This document shows, piece after piece, positions 18,266 to 27,868 of a stretch of DNA of 64,000 nucleotides. The DNA is taken from positions 5,837-69,836 of the forward strand of contig JAOZPT010000001.1 in the NCBI GenBank assembly GCA_029932605.1, written 5' to 3'. The position numbers and the translations under genes are program-made. Source of the DNA: Candidatus Zixiibacteriota bacterium. GTDB taxonomy: Bacteria > Zixibacteria > MSB-5A5 > UBA10806 > 4484-95. The notes beneath the pieces were generated by a model. It was not told the origin of the DNA, ran no database searches, and saw nothing but the letters and a program-made list of their open reading frames with translations. The stretch's first letter is position 1. Each line of letters begins with the position of its first letter.

Positions 18266-20864
18266 TATGTTGTGATACGGGGTCTTGTGTGTTAGCATCA
18301 ATCCAACGCATTAGTTCCAGTTTAAATTGGCCTGACATATCAGCATGAAATGGCATAATCCTGATTGAATATCCATAAAGGCCACTCTCGTCGCAGAGAA
18401 CGTATCCCTCGTATTTATACAAACCTTCCTGGAGCGTGTTGACGCATTTCATATTTTCCGATGAGCCATTTGTGATGTTGTAATCGCTATCCAGCAGACC
18501 GCTGTATATCTGTACAGTCACATCTTCAGGTTTTATTATTCCAAGCATAACCTCGGCCTCGATTTTAAGTGCAAAGCCCACCTCAACTTCTTTTTTTTGA
18601 ACTGTTGTCTTGATTATTTTTACTTTGTTCCAGTGGGCTTTGATAAACTGTTTCCATTTGACGAGGTTTTTAGTTTTTATGAATTTATCAGCAGAAAGGT
18701 TTTTCCAGTTATTGAGAGCATTAATATAAAATTTCTCCGTATATTCTTTAACCATGCGGTTAGTGTTGAATATCGGGCAGAGTTTCATCATGGATTTTTT
18801 AACCTTAGCTATCCACTGGCGGGGCAATCCGTCATTGCCGATATCGTAAAAAAGTGGAACAACTTCATTTTCCAAGACGTCATAGATGGCATTGCATTCA
18901 ACTTCATCCTGGTAATCCGGGTTGTCGTAATCCTCGCCAGCACCGATTGCCCAACCGGTATCTATGTCATACCCTTCACACCACCAACCATCGAGAACGC
19001 TCAAGTTGAGACCACCATTTGGCAGAACTTTCATACCGCTGGTTCCGCTTGCTTCAAATGGTCGGCGAGGGGTGTTCAGCCAGACATCAACTCCCTGAAC
19101 TAAATATCTGGCGATGTTCATATCGTAGTTTTCGAGGAACACGATATTTTTTCGTATATCCTCAAGTCGTGCGAAGTGAATTATCTGTTTTATGAGGTCC
19201 TTGCCGTTATTATCACGAGGATGGGCTTTGCCGGCAAAGATAAACTGCACGGGATGTTTCTTATCTAAAAGTAATTTTTTTAATCTGTCGGTATTTCTTA
19301 GTAAGAGTGTGGCTCTTTTATAAGTAGCGAACCTTCTGGCAAAACCGATTGTAAGAGTTTCGGAGTTCAAAGCTTCGTAGGCATCATTTACTTCTCTGGG
19401 GCCTGCGCCTCTGCGTTTAAGTTGTTCGGCCAAGCGTTTTCGGGTAAATGCGACCATTCTTTCCCGACGACGTTCATGAATTCGCCACAATTCAACATCG
19501 GGTATATTTTGCACTCTTTGCCAAATGGATTGGTCGGCTGGTTTTTTCAGCCAATTCGGGCCCAGATATCTCGAGAATAACTCAGCCATTTCATTAGAAA
19601 TCCAGGAACGCGCATGAATGCCATTTGTGACATGGGAAATTGGCACCTCATCAAGAGGAACCTTTGGCCATAACGACTGCCACATCTTTCTTGAGACATC
19701 CCCGTGTAGTCTGCTTACGCCGTTAGCATAAGCAGTTGTTCGGAGAGCCATTAGGGCCATATTGATGGGTTCATTTACGTCATCCGGATTTTTTCGACCT
19801 AAGGCGAGAAGTTGCTCCTTCTTGATACCGGCTTTTTCGAAGAAATGGCTGAGATATTTTTCAACAAGCAACGGGTGAAATTCGTCTATTCCTGCGGGCA
19901 CCGGTGTATGCGTAGTAAAGATTGTGCCGCTACGGACAATCTCAATGGCCTCATCGGTGGACAAACCATCTTTTGTTTTTCTGTGCCTTATTCGTTCAAA
20001 AGCCATAAAGGCGCCATGCCCTTCGTTCATATGGCAAACCCGCACATGGATACCAAGTTTTCGCAAGGCTAACATTCCACCGATGCCAAGAATCAGTTCC
20101 TGCTGGATACGGGTTTCATTGTCTCCACCATATAGCTGGTAAGTGATCTTGCGGTCGATGTCATTATTTTGTGGTGTATTAGTATCTAGTAAATAAAGGG
20201 GTATACGGCCTACCTGGGCTTTCCAAATGCGACAGTATACATTCCGGTTTGGAAACTGTAAATCCACCAGAATCGGTATTCCATTATTGTCGACTTCAAG
20301 CTGGATTGGTAAACTACAAAAGTCGTTATCGGGATATGTCTCCTGTTGCCAGCCATCGTAGTTGAGATATTGTTGAAAATAGCCTTGCTGATAGAGCAAA
20401 CCTACACCTACTAATGGTATTCCCAGCTCGCTGGCGGATTTTAGATGGTCACCGGCAAGAATGCCGAGACCACCTGAATAAATTGGTAAACATCCGGTTA
20501 TACCGTACTCCATCGAAAAATAGGCGATCTGTGGAAAATCGTATTTGCCATATTTACTTTCGAACCAGGTTGGGCTATTTAGATATTCTTGGTGATTTTT
20601 ATATACTCTTTCAAGTTGAGCCATAAAAGCTTCATCATTGAGAGCCTGGCTGAGCTTGTCCTGTTTAATCATACTTAACATCTTGACAGGATTGTTACCC
20701 GAGATATTCCACAAGTCGCTATCCAAACGCCGGAAAAGCTCGATAGTATTGTGGTTCCAGCTCCAGAGCAGATTATATGCCAGCTCTTTTAATGCCGATA
20801 ACTCCTCGGGAAGAGTTGCTTTGATCTGAAATGTATCAACAGCCTTTATCATATTATCTCCCAT
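18243..20864 (-). CDS. glgP: alpha-glucan (glycogen/maltodextrin) phosphorylase, GT35 with DUF3417-type N-terminus
   Basis: 873 aa. GGLGILAGDHLKSASELGIPLVGVGLLYQQGYF is the phosphorylase-family motif, and a PLP-lysine region is present. Confidence 0.8.
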   Translation of the reverse strand: MGDNMIKAVDTFQIKATLPEELSALKELAYNLLWSWNHNTIELFRRLDSDLWNISGNNPVKMLSMIKQDKLSQALNDEAFMAQLERVYKNHQEYLNSPTWFESKYGKYDFPQIAYFSMEYGITGCLPIYSGGLGILAGDHLKSASELGIPLVGVGLLYQQGYFQQYLNYDGWQQETYPDNDFCSLPIQLEVDNNGIPILVDLQFPNRNVYCRIWKAQVGRIPLYLLDTNTPQNNDIDRKITYQLYGGDNETRIQQELILGIGGMLALRKLGIHVRVCHMNEGHGAFMAFERIRHRKTKDGLSTDEAIEIVRSGTIFTTHTPVPAGIDEFHPLLVEKYLSHFFEKAGIKKEQLLALGRKNPDDVNEPINMALMALRTTAYANGVSRLHGDVSRKMWQSLWPKVPLDEVPISHVTNGIHARSWISNEMAELFSRYLGPNWLKKPADQSIWQRVQNIPDVELWRIHERRRERMVAFTRKRLAEQLKRRGAGPREVNDAYEALNSETLTIGFARRFATYKRATLLLRNTDRLKKLLLDKKHPVQFIFAGKAHPRDNNGKDLIKQIIHFARLEDIRKNIVFLENYDMNIARYLVQGVDVWLNTPRRPFEASGTSGMKVLPNGGLNLSVLDGWWCEGYDIDTGWAIGAGEDYDNPDYQDEVECNAIYDVLENEVVPLFYDIGNDGLPRQWIAKVKKSMMKLCPIFNTNRMVKEYTEKFYINALNNWKNLSADKFIKTKNLVKWKQFIKAHWNKVKIIKTTVQKKEVEVGFALKIEAEVMLGIIKPEDVTVQIYSGLLDSDYNITNGSSENMKCVNTLQEGLYKYEGYVLCDESGLYGYSIRIMPFHADMSGQFKLELMRWIDANTQDPVSQHIMVEEKV

Positions 20865-20917
20865 AACCGCCTTGGCGTTGTTTATTTAATTTTCACTAAT
20901 AAGTATCGGTGTCTATT

Positions 20918-22465
20918 TTAGATAACTATATGAGCCAGGTTGGTAATAGACTCTATAATTATCTTGTTATCGTTTTCATTTCCGGGTTTTCCTGCTAATG
21001 CGAACATAGCTTTTTTGTAGGCTTCAACTCCAGGTTGAATAAAAGGATTATGTCCAGCTAAATATCCTGATAAAGCTACAGACATTTCCATCATGTAATA
21101 GAACTGGCCGATATTGAAGGCATTTCGCCTTGGGATATCGATTATCATGTTTGGCACTCCCCCCTGGAAGTGGGCGTAAGCCGGGCCATCGATTACCAGA
21201 CGGTTTATGAAATTCATATCTTGGTTTTTGTCAGAAAGATAATTCAAACCATCAAGGTCTTCAGGGTCCGAGGGGATTTTCAGAATATTGTCATGGTTAA
21301 TCAATCGGATAAAAGTTTCCAGTATATTCCTTTCACCATCCTGTATCATCTGGCCATTAGCGTGAAGGTTTTCAGAATACAATGAGGGTGAAACCCACAT
21401 GCCATAGCCGTTGTGCCCTTCGCTTTCCGGGAAAAGCTGTTGCATCCAGCGGGCTAAGTGATATGTAGCGGTAGAATTTGTGGCAACCACTTCGATCTTC
21501 TTGCCTTTCTTATATGCTAAATGACGTATTGCCGCATGAATCATAGCCGGGTTCGTCCAGAATTCATCTTTTATGAGGAGCTTTTTCATATGTTGAAAAC
21601 CGGCTGTGAACTCATGTATATCGATACCAGCCACAGCTAAGCTAACAAGACCGACATCGCTCAATACTGAAAATCTTCCACCGACATTATCAGGAATTTC
21701 AAATGTTTTATACCCCTTTTGTTGGGCTAACTTTCTTAGTGCACCTCTTACCCTATCGGTAGTAACATAGATATACTCTGTTGAACGGTTACCAGCCCAT
21801 TTTTCAATTAAATCGCGAAGTATTCTGAAAGCGATTGCTGTTTCGGTGGTGGTACCTGATTTTGAGATGACATTGATACCGACACGTTTGCCTTGAAGCA
21901 TATCTAGTGTGTCCCTGAAGAAATCAGGGTCGGTGTTTTGTCCAAGAAAATATATCTGTGGAACATTGCCCCTTTCCCGACGGGAAAGTTGATTGAAAAA
22001 GGTATGGGTTAAGGCTTTGAATGTGGCTTCTATACCAAGGTAAGAACCACCAATGCCGAGCGATATGAAAACATCGATATTGTCAGATAATTCTTGGCTA
22101 GCTGATACAATATCGTCGAGTTTTTCAGCGGTTATTTCGTCGGGAAGATTCAACCAGCCCAGCATGGGTATCCCACCATCAAGACAATCCCCTTCGCTGT
22201 TTTTCAACTGATTATGTTTCTGGATTATTGTTGGGGCGATATCATCAAGCTCGGTTTTAGATATAAACGGCTTGTCCCCGGTGGAACTTAATATATAAGT
22301 TATATCGAGTTTGATGGTATTTTCTTTTATGAATTTTTCATTGGTTGTAAGATGATGATGTTTTTTATCTTGAGACATCTGTCTGAGACTGGTTTTATTT
22401 TTCCCGAAGGAACTGATATCCAGTCCAATATCCTGTAAATGTTTTTTCTTATGCTTTGCCGGCAC
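20918..22465 (-). CDS. pgi: glucose-6-phosphate isomerase
   Basis: 515 aa. ISLGIGGSYLG and GGRFSVLSDVGL match the PGI signature motifs. Confidence 0.8.
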   Translation of the reverse strand: MPAKHKKKHLQDIGLDISSFGKNKTSLRQMSQDKKHHHLTTNEKFIKENTIKLDITYILSSTGDKPFISKTELDDIAPTIIQKHNQLKNSEGDCLDGGIPMLGWLNLPDEITAEKLDDIVSASQELSDNIDVFISLGIGGSYLGIEATFKALTHTFFNQLSRRERGNVPQIYFLGQNTDPDFFRDTLDMLQGKRVGINVISKSGTTTETAIAFRILRDLIEKWAGNRSTEYIYVTTDRVRGALRKLAQQKGYKTFEIPDNVGGRFSVLSDVGLVSLAVAGIDIHEFTAGFQHMKKLLIKDEFWTNPAMIHAAIRHLAYKKGKKIEVVATNSTATYHLARWMQQLFPESEGHNGYGMWVSPSLYSENLHANGQMIQDGERNILETFIRLINHDNILKIPSDPEDLDGLNYLSDKNQDMNFINRLVIDGPAYAHFQGGVPNMIIDIPRRNAFNIGQFYYMMEMSVALSGYLAGHNPFIQPGVEAYKKAMFALAGKPGNENDNKIIIESITNLAHIVI

Positions 22466-23372
22466 TTCCCAGTACCTCGATTTTATGTTTTATGATTTCT
22501 TTAACCGCTTTGCGACCGGTCCCAAGAATTTTTCTTGGGTCGAATTCATCGGGTTTTATCGTGAGGGTTTCTCTGATTGCAGAAGTGAATGCCAGTCTGA
22601 GATCGGTGTCGATATTGACCTTGTTAATACCGTATTGTATTGCTTTTCGGTAAGCTTCATCAGGTACACCTTTGGCCCCGGGAATTTTGCCACCATACTT
22701 GGTTAATTTCTTTGTTAGTTCCTCGGGTACACCGCTGGCGCCATGCAAGACCAGAGGTATCCCCAATCTTTTTTTTATCGTTTTTATTCTGTCAAAGTCG
22801 AGTTTTGCTTCGCCTTTAAATTTGTAAGCACCATGACTTGTGCCCACGGCTATTGCCAGCGAATCGCACCTGCTTTCGGTTACGAATTGTTCTGCTTCAG
22901 CGGGGTCTGTAAGTAGCGTCTCTTTGTCGTTGACTTTGACTTCATCCTCGATACCGCCGAGTTTACCAAGTTCAGCCTCAACCGTTATGTTATGCATGTG
23001 GGCGAAATCGACGACCTCGCGGGTGATTTTTACATTTTCCTTAAATGGTAGAGCTGAACCGTCTATCATCACCGAGGTAAAACCGGCCTCGATACATTTT
23101 TTGGCGTCCTCGAATGACGTTCCATGGTCAAGATGAAGAACCACCGGTACTGTTACATTATTTACACCAGCTTTGACCATAGCGATTAAATATTCTAAAC
23201 CTGCGTATTTTATAGCTGATTTTGATGTTGCCAGTATCACCGGCGATTTCATCTCCTGGGCAGCTTCAAGAGTAGCTTGAATGAGTTCAAGGTTGCTTAC
23301 ATTGAACTGGCCTATAGCATAATAGTTTTTGTTGGCATCAACATAAATCTCATGCAAAGGAACAAGTGGCAT
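22449..23372 (-). CDS. fba: class II fructose-bisphosphate aldolase
   Basis: 307 aa. N-terminal YAIGQFNVSNLE, the zinc-binding VPVVLHLDHG and GASGVP match FbaA/tagatose-bisphosphate aldolase. It overlaps pgi by 17 nt. Confidence 0.85.
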   Translation of the reverse strand: MPLVPLHEIYVDANKNYYAIGQFNVSNLELIQATLEAAQEMKSPVILATSKSAIKYAGLEYLIAMVKAGVNNVTVPVVLHLDHGTSFEDAKKCIEAGFTSVMIDGSALPFKENVKITREVVDFAHMHNITVEAELGKLGGIEDEVKVNDKETLLTDPAEAEQFVTESRCDSLAIAVGTSHGAYKFKGEAKLDFDRIKTIKKRLGIPLVLHGASGVPEELTKKLTKYGGKIPGAKGVPDEAYRKAIQYGINKVNIDTDLRLAFTSAIRETLTIKPDEFDPRKILGTGRKAVKEIIKHKIEVLGSAGKA

Positions 23373-23402
23373 TTTCTTCTCGTTGTTAAATGTTACATCT
23401 TA

Positions 23403-25025
23403 TTAATGACCGGTAACGGTTTCAAGGGTTCTCGGTCCTGCTTCTTTTATATCCTCTGGCACCTCTCCCTCGAATTGTTTGAAATTATTTTTAAAAAGCC
23501 CAGCCAGGTAGTTTGCTTTTCCGTCGTAGGCGTTTTTATCGTGCCATGTATCGCGCGGGTTCATCAATTCAGATGGAACGTCCGGACAGGAACTTGGCAC
23601 CATGAAACCATATATGGGATTTCTGTTCGTTGGAACATTGTCTAGCTTTCCGTTTAAAGCGGCTTTGACCATAGCCCTGGTATGGGATATTTTAATTCTT
23701 TTACCAACACCATATGGCCCGCCGGTCCAACCGGTGTTGACCAACCAGCAGTTAACGTCATGGTGCCTTATCTTTTCATCGAGAAGTTTGGCGTATTTGT
23801 AAGGGTGCAGTACCATAAAGGGCGCTCCGAAACATGCCGAAAACGTGGCCTGTGGTTCCGAACCCAACCCTTTTTCCGTTCCTCCTATTTTGGCAGTGTA
23901 GCCGGACATGAAATGATACATTGCTTGAACCGGTGTAAGTTTGGCTATTGGTGGCATAACACCAAAGGCATCACATGTGAGCATTATGATATTTTTAGGA
24001 TGGTCGGCCATTGGTTCTTTAAGAGCGTTTGGGATATGTGATATTGGATAAGCGGCGCGCGTGTTCTCGGTTAGGGAATCATCATCAAGGTCGAGCCGTC
24101 TGGTCCAGATATCAATAGCTACATTTTCGAGGATGGTTCCGAACTTGCGGGTGGTCTGGTAGATTTCCGGTTCAGCCTCTTTAGAAAGCTTTATTACTTT
24201 TGCGTAGCAGCCGCCCTCGAAATTGAATATGCCGTTTTGACTCCAGCCGTGTTCGTCGTCACCAATTAAAGTCCGCTCAGGGTCGGCCGAAAGGGTTGTT
24301 TTACCCGTTCCCGATAAACCGAAAAACAAGGCAACGTCGCCGTCTTTGCCGACATTGGCAGAACAGTGCATCGATAAAATGTTTTCCTGTGGCAGAAGGT
24401 AATTTAATACGGTGAATATCGATTTCTTTATCTCGCCGGCATAACTGGTACCGCCGATTAAGACAAGCTTTTTCTGAAGGTTGAGTATGACGAAGGCTTC
24501 GGAATGGGTGCCATCGATATTGGGTAAAGCCATAAAATTTGGAACATGTAAAAGCGTGAATTGAGGTATATGGTTGATAAGAGTGTCTGGTCTGGCTTGG
24601 ATAAATATATTTCGAGCAAAGAGATTATGCCAGGCGGACTCAGTGATAACTCTTATTGGAAGTCTTAATTTAGGGTCTGCCCCGGCATAACAATCCTGCA
24701 CGAACAGGTCTTTTCCCTGAAGATATGCCAGCAGGCGACTGAATAAAACCTCAAACTTCTCCGGACTGAAAGGTTTGTTTACTTTACCCCACCAGATGTT
24801 ATCTTTGCTGGACGGTTCATCAACTATGAATTTGTCCTTGGCAGCTCTACCGGTGTGATGGCCGGTTCGGACGACGATTGGCCCGAGATGGGCGATATAA
24901 CCCTCTTGTCTTTTAATTATCTCCTCATATAATATAGGGGTGTTGAGGTTCCAATAAACCTGGTGGACATTGGTAATACCGTGATTATCAAGCCCATATG
25001 AACTTTTTAGATGTCCTGTGGCCAT
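23403..25025 (-). CDS. pckA: phosphoenolpyruvate carboxykinase (ATP)
   Basis: 540 aa. The kinase-1a motif GLSGTGKTTLS and the surrounding PEPCK-ATP conserved blocks are present. Confidence 0.9.
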   Translation of the reverse strand: MATGHLKSSYGLDNHGITNVHQVYWNLNTPILYEEIIKRQEGYIAHLGPIVVRTGHHTGRAAKDKFIVDEPSSKDNIWWGKVNKPFSPEKFEVLFSRLLAYLQGKDLFVQDCYAGADPKLRLPIRVITESAWHNLFARNIFIQARPDTLINHIPQFTLLHVPNFMALPNIDGTHSEAFVILNLQKKLVLIGGTSYAGEIKKSIFTVLNYLLPQENILSMHCSANVGKDGDVALFFGLSGTGKTTLSADPERTLIGDDEHGWSQNGIFNFEGGCYAKVIKLSKEAEPEIYQTTRKFGTILENVAIDIWTRRLDLDDDSLTENTRAAYPISHIPNALKEPMADHPKNIIMLTCDAFGVMPPIAKLTPVQAMYHFMSGYTAKIGGTEKGLGSEPQATFSACFGAPFMVLHPYKYAKLLDEKIRHHDVNCWLVNTGWTGGPYGVGKRIKISHTRAMVKAALNGKLDNVPTNRNPIYGFMVPSSCPDVPSELMNPRDTWHDKNAYDGKANYLAGLFKNNFKQFEGEVPEDIKEAGPRTLETVTGH

Positions 25026-25204
25026 ATTTTTCCAAATCCTTTCTTAATTTTACAAGTTAGCAGTGATTAAGTTGCTGGATGTTTTAAATGAAAATTTCTG
25101 TATACTTATATTACTACCCGTTTATATATCGGCATCTATAATAACCTGTTGACCATATAAAAGCGATTGGCATAACTTATTTTTTCGAATTAACACAAAA
25201 CTAA

Positions 25205-25230
25205 GGCCGGATCACGGCTGTAACCCGGCC
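25205..25230 (-). terminator. candidate hairpin downstream of the SWIB gene
   Basis: GGCCGG ... CCGGCC inverted repeat about 30 nt past the minus-strand stop. A T-rich stretch follows on the minus strand. Weak call. Confidence 0.3.
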
Positions 25231-25258
25231 CTGTAACACGGACAAACCGAATTTAAAA

Positions 25259-25681
25259 TTAATGCAGGTGTTTGGAGATCAGTTTAGTCATCTCGAACAT
25301 GCTGACTTTACCCTTGCCACCGAAAATCTTTCTCAGTTTATCATCAGCATTGATCATGGTCCTTTTGAACCTATCCTGTAGTCCGTGCTTTTTAATATAC
25401 GCCCAAATCTTTTTAGTGACCTGAGTCCTGGGTAGGGGCTTACTTCCGACGATTGCACTGAGTGCTAAGCTGGGTGTCCATGGCCTCATGAAAGCTGGAT
25501 TTGGTTTGCGTTTGGCTTTCTTTTTTGCTACTTTCTTCTTAGCTACTTTCTTTTTCGCTACTTTCTTCTTAGCCTTTTTTTTCTTGGCAACTTTTTTCTT
25601 GGCAACTTTTCTTTTTGTAGCTTTTTTCTTTGCTACTTTTTTCTTAGCGGTTTTCTTCCTGGCCTTTTTCTTCGCTGGCAT
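25259..25681 (-). CDS. SWIB/MDM2-domain protein with N-terminal lysine/alanine-rich histone-H1-like repeats
   Basis: The likely true start is MPAKKK (ATG 25681..25679), with AGGAGAGG upstream. About 13 tandem (V/A)AKKK(K) pentapeptide units are followed by LSAIVGSKPLPRTQVTKKIWAYIKKHGLQD ... MFEMTKLISKHL, which matches the SWIB/MDM2 fold. The ORF track extends the start to 25750. Confidence 0.7.
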   Translation of the reverse strand: MPAKKKARKKTAKKKVAKKKATKRKVAKKKVAKKKKAKKKVAKKKVAKKKVAKKKAKRKPNPAFMRPWTPSLALSAIVGSKPLPRTQVTKKIWAYIKKHGLQDRFKRTMINADDKLRKIFGGKGKVSMFEMTKLISKHLH

Positions 25682-26198
25682 ACGCCTCTCCTGGTTAAAG
25701 GTTAGTAGTTGGTTTACAAAATTTCTCTCTCGATTAAGACTCCAATCCACAACTTATTCTTCAAGAAATAGAAAACTCTACCAATCCTGCAACATTGTAG
25801 GAGTAAATTGCGAAACATTTCAAATAAAAATTATGATTTTTTTAAAAAATTACATTATAAAAATGGATTTTAATTACAAATAATTTTATAATATGATATT
25901 TAATAATGATAATCCAAGTTTTTATCAAATAGTACAAGTTGTAATTTTTCCGTATATAGAAGGAGGGCTATTCAAAAGATGAGCATATTTGTACAAAATT
26001 ATATTCAAATAGAATTATCTTTTACCTGATTTATTAGACAGCAAGATGGTATAAATAGATTTGGTTTTATATAGATTTTAAAAACCTTCTCTTGATATGA
26101 TTCTTGTTTGGAAGTATCTTTTATGAAGCTGGGTTTTTTAATAGCCTGTATCGTCCAAACAGAAGTTGGGATTGACGATAATGGTAAGAGGATAAATC

Positions 26199-27176
26199 AT
26201 GGCTGATAAGGTAACAATTCGCAAATTTCTTAAAAGGCATTTCAAACATTTTAATGCTGCGGTAATAGTTGGGGCCGCGGAGTCCTGGGTAACCCACCTT
26301 GAGAATGGGGGAAAGATGTTTTTGACTTTAGCGGGCGCGCTTAGCACCGGCGAGATAGGTATCTCATTAGCGGAGATGATTCGTCGTGATAAGGTACATG
26401 GCATATGTGCTACCGGTGCCAATCTCGAGGAGGATATATTCAACCTTGTAGCCCATAGTCATTACCGCCGTGTTCCCGATTATCGAACACTTACTCCCAA
26501 ACAGGAACAGGAACTGAAAAATCAGGGCCTGAACAGGGTAACTGATACCTGTATTCCTGAAAGGGAGGCAATGCGCCGGGTGGAGAATAAACTTATCAAA
26601 CTATGGCAAAAGGCTGAAAACAATAAAGAGCGGTTTTTCCCTTACGAATATATCTACCAGCTTATAAGAAGCAGGGAATTGGAAGAATATTATGATATAG
26701 AACCTGAGAACTCGTGGGTGTTGGCCGCCTGTCAAAAAAATATACCGATATTCACCCCGGGCTGGGAGGATTCCACACTGGGCAATGTTTATGTAGCAAA
26801 TGTTATTAAGGGAAACCTTAAGTCGTACAGGCCGATCAAGGGGGGGCTTGAACAGATGGCTTTTCTGGTCGAATGGTATCGTTGGATCACCAATCGATGT
26901 TCTCTGGGCTTTTTCCAGATCGGTGGTGGCATCGCTGGCGACTTTGCTATATGTGTGGTTCCACTTATAATGCAGGACCTAAAAGAGGAATGCCGTCTCT
27001 GGGGATATTTTGCCCAGATATCGGATAGCACAACGTCATATGGTTCTTACAGCGGAGCTATACCGAATGAGAAGATTACCTGGGGAAAACTGGATATAGA
27101 TACGCCAAAATTTATTATCGAATCCGATGCCTCTATTGTCGCGCCGTTAATTTTTAGCTATGTTCTGGGTAGCTGA
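26199..27176 (+). CDS. deoxyhypusine synthase (DHS) family protein, bacterial DHS-like
   Basis: 325 aa. TLAGALSTGEIG, CATGANLEEDIF, QIGGGIAGDF, STTSYGSYSGAIPNEKITWGKL and SDASIVAPLIF line up with the conserved blocks of archaeal/eukaryotic DHS (TLAGAM..AG, STGANL.HD, GGGVPKNF, ETGGLSGA..EAISWGK, GDATIVFPLL). Confidence 0.75.
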   Translation: MADKVTIRKFLKRHFKHFNAAVIVGAAESWVTHLENGGKMFLTLAGALSTGEIGISLAEMIRRDKVHGICATGANLEEDIFNLVAHSHYRRVPDYRTLTPKQEQELKNQGLNRVTDTCIPEREAMRRVENKLIKLWQKAENNKERFFPYEYIYQLIRSRELEEYYDIEPENSWVLAACQKNIPIFTPGWEDSTLGNVYVANVIKGNLKSYRPIKGGLEQMAFLVEWYRWITNRCSLGFFQIGGGIAGDFAICVVPLIMQDLKEECRLWGYFAQISDSTTSYGSYSGAIPNEKITWGKLDIDTPKFIIESDASIVAPLIFSYVLGS

Positions 27177-27244
27177 AAATGTGGATTGCTTAAAGTAAGG
27201 AATAAGTGTTTATAAAATATATCCACTACCACTTAAGCATATCA

Positions 27245-27607
27245 TCAATTTTTAGACCAGAGACCTATTGTGTTTCCCTCAAGGTCAGAGAGCATGGCAA
27301 AATAACCGAATTCAGAGGATATTTGAGTTTTACCGACCGAGCACTTGCCACCGACCTCTTCAGTTTTTTTGATAGTTTCATCGATGCTGGCAACTTCAAT
27401 ATAAAATACTATACCTGGTTTTTGAGCTATCTCAAGGGTTCTTGAGAAACCACCGTTGACTCCATCAGGAGTTTTAAAAGTGAGAAAATTCATTTCCTTG
27501 GCTTCATCGAACTGCCAGTTGAATACGTTGCCATAGAACTTTTTCGCTTTACCGAAGTCTTTCGAGGGGATCTCGATATGACAGATGCCGTTCATTTGTC
27601 CTCCCAT
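27245..27607 (-). CDS. VOC-family (glyoxalase/bleomycin-resistance fold) protein
   Basis: 120 aa. ICHIEIPSKDFGKAKKFY ... paired beta-alpha-beta-beta-beta modules. The start may be the internal MNGICH. Confidence 0.65.
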   Translation of the reverse strand: MGGQMNGICHIEIPSKDFGKAKKFYGNVFNWQFDEAKEMNFLTFKTPDGVNGGFSRTLEIAQKPGIVFYIEVASIDETIKKTEEVGGKCSVGKTQISSEFGYFAMLSDLEGNTIGLWSKN

Positions 27608-27868
27608 GATTAGAGTTCAAATTTAAAACATGTTTTTAAAAATAGGAAAAAAAGCAATTGTCAATAAAATAATTTTGAAAAGTTAGCATAAGATATATCT
27701 GGATATTAAAAATCTGCTTGTATTTGAAAGTGATTGAATATCTAAAATAGAAGATTGTTTGGAGCTGGTCTAAGCGATTTGAATTAAGTGAATTGAGCTG
27801 GATGATTTATTATCATAAGGAGAGATTATGAAAGCTGTTGGTTACATGGAAGGAACAAACCGGAGTTA

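Noticed and set aside
18597-20829. ORFs 18597..19103, 19812..20072, 19924..20142, 20414..20626, 20638..20829 on the plus strand
   Set aside because: Antisense to the 873-aa alpha-glucan phosphorylase gene.
25488-25883. 131-aa plus-strand ORF rich in F/A/T (FFFATFFLA repeats)
   Set aside because: It is the antisense reading of the AAG/AAA lysine-repeat region of the SWIB/H1-like gene. It is an artefact of the coding tandem repeat.
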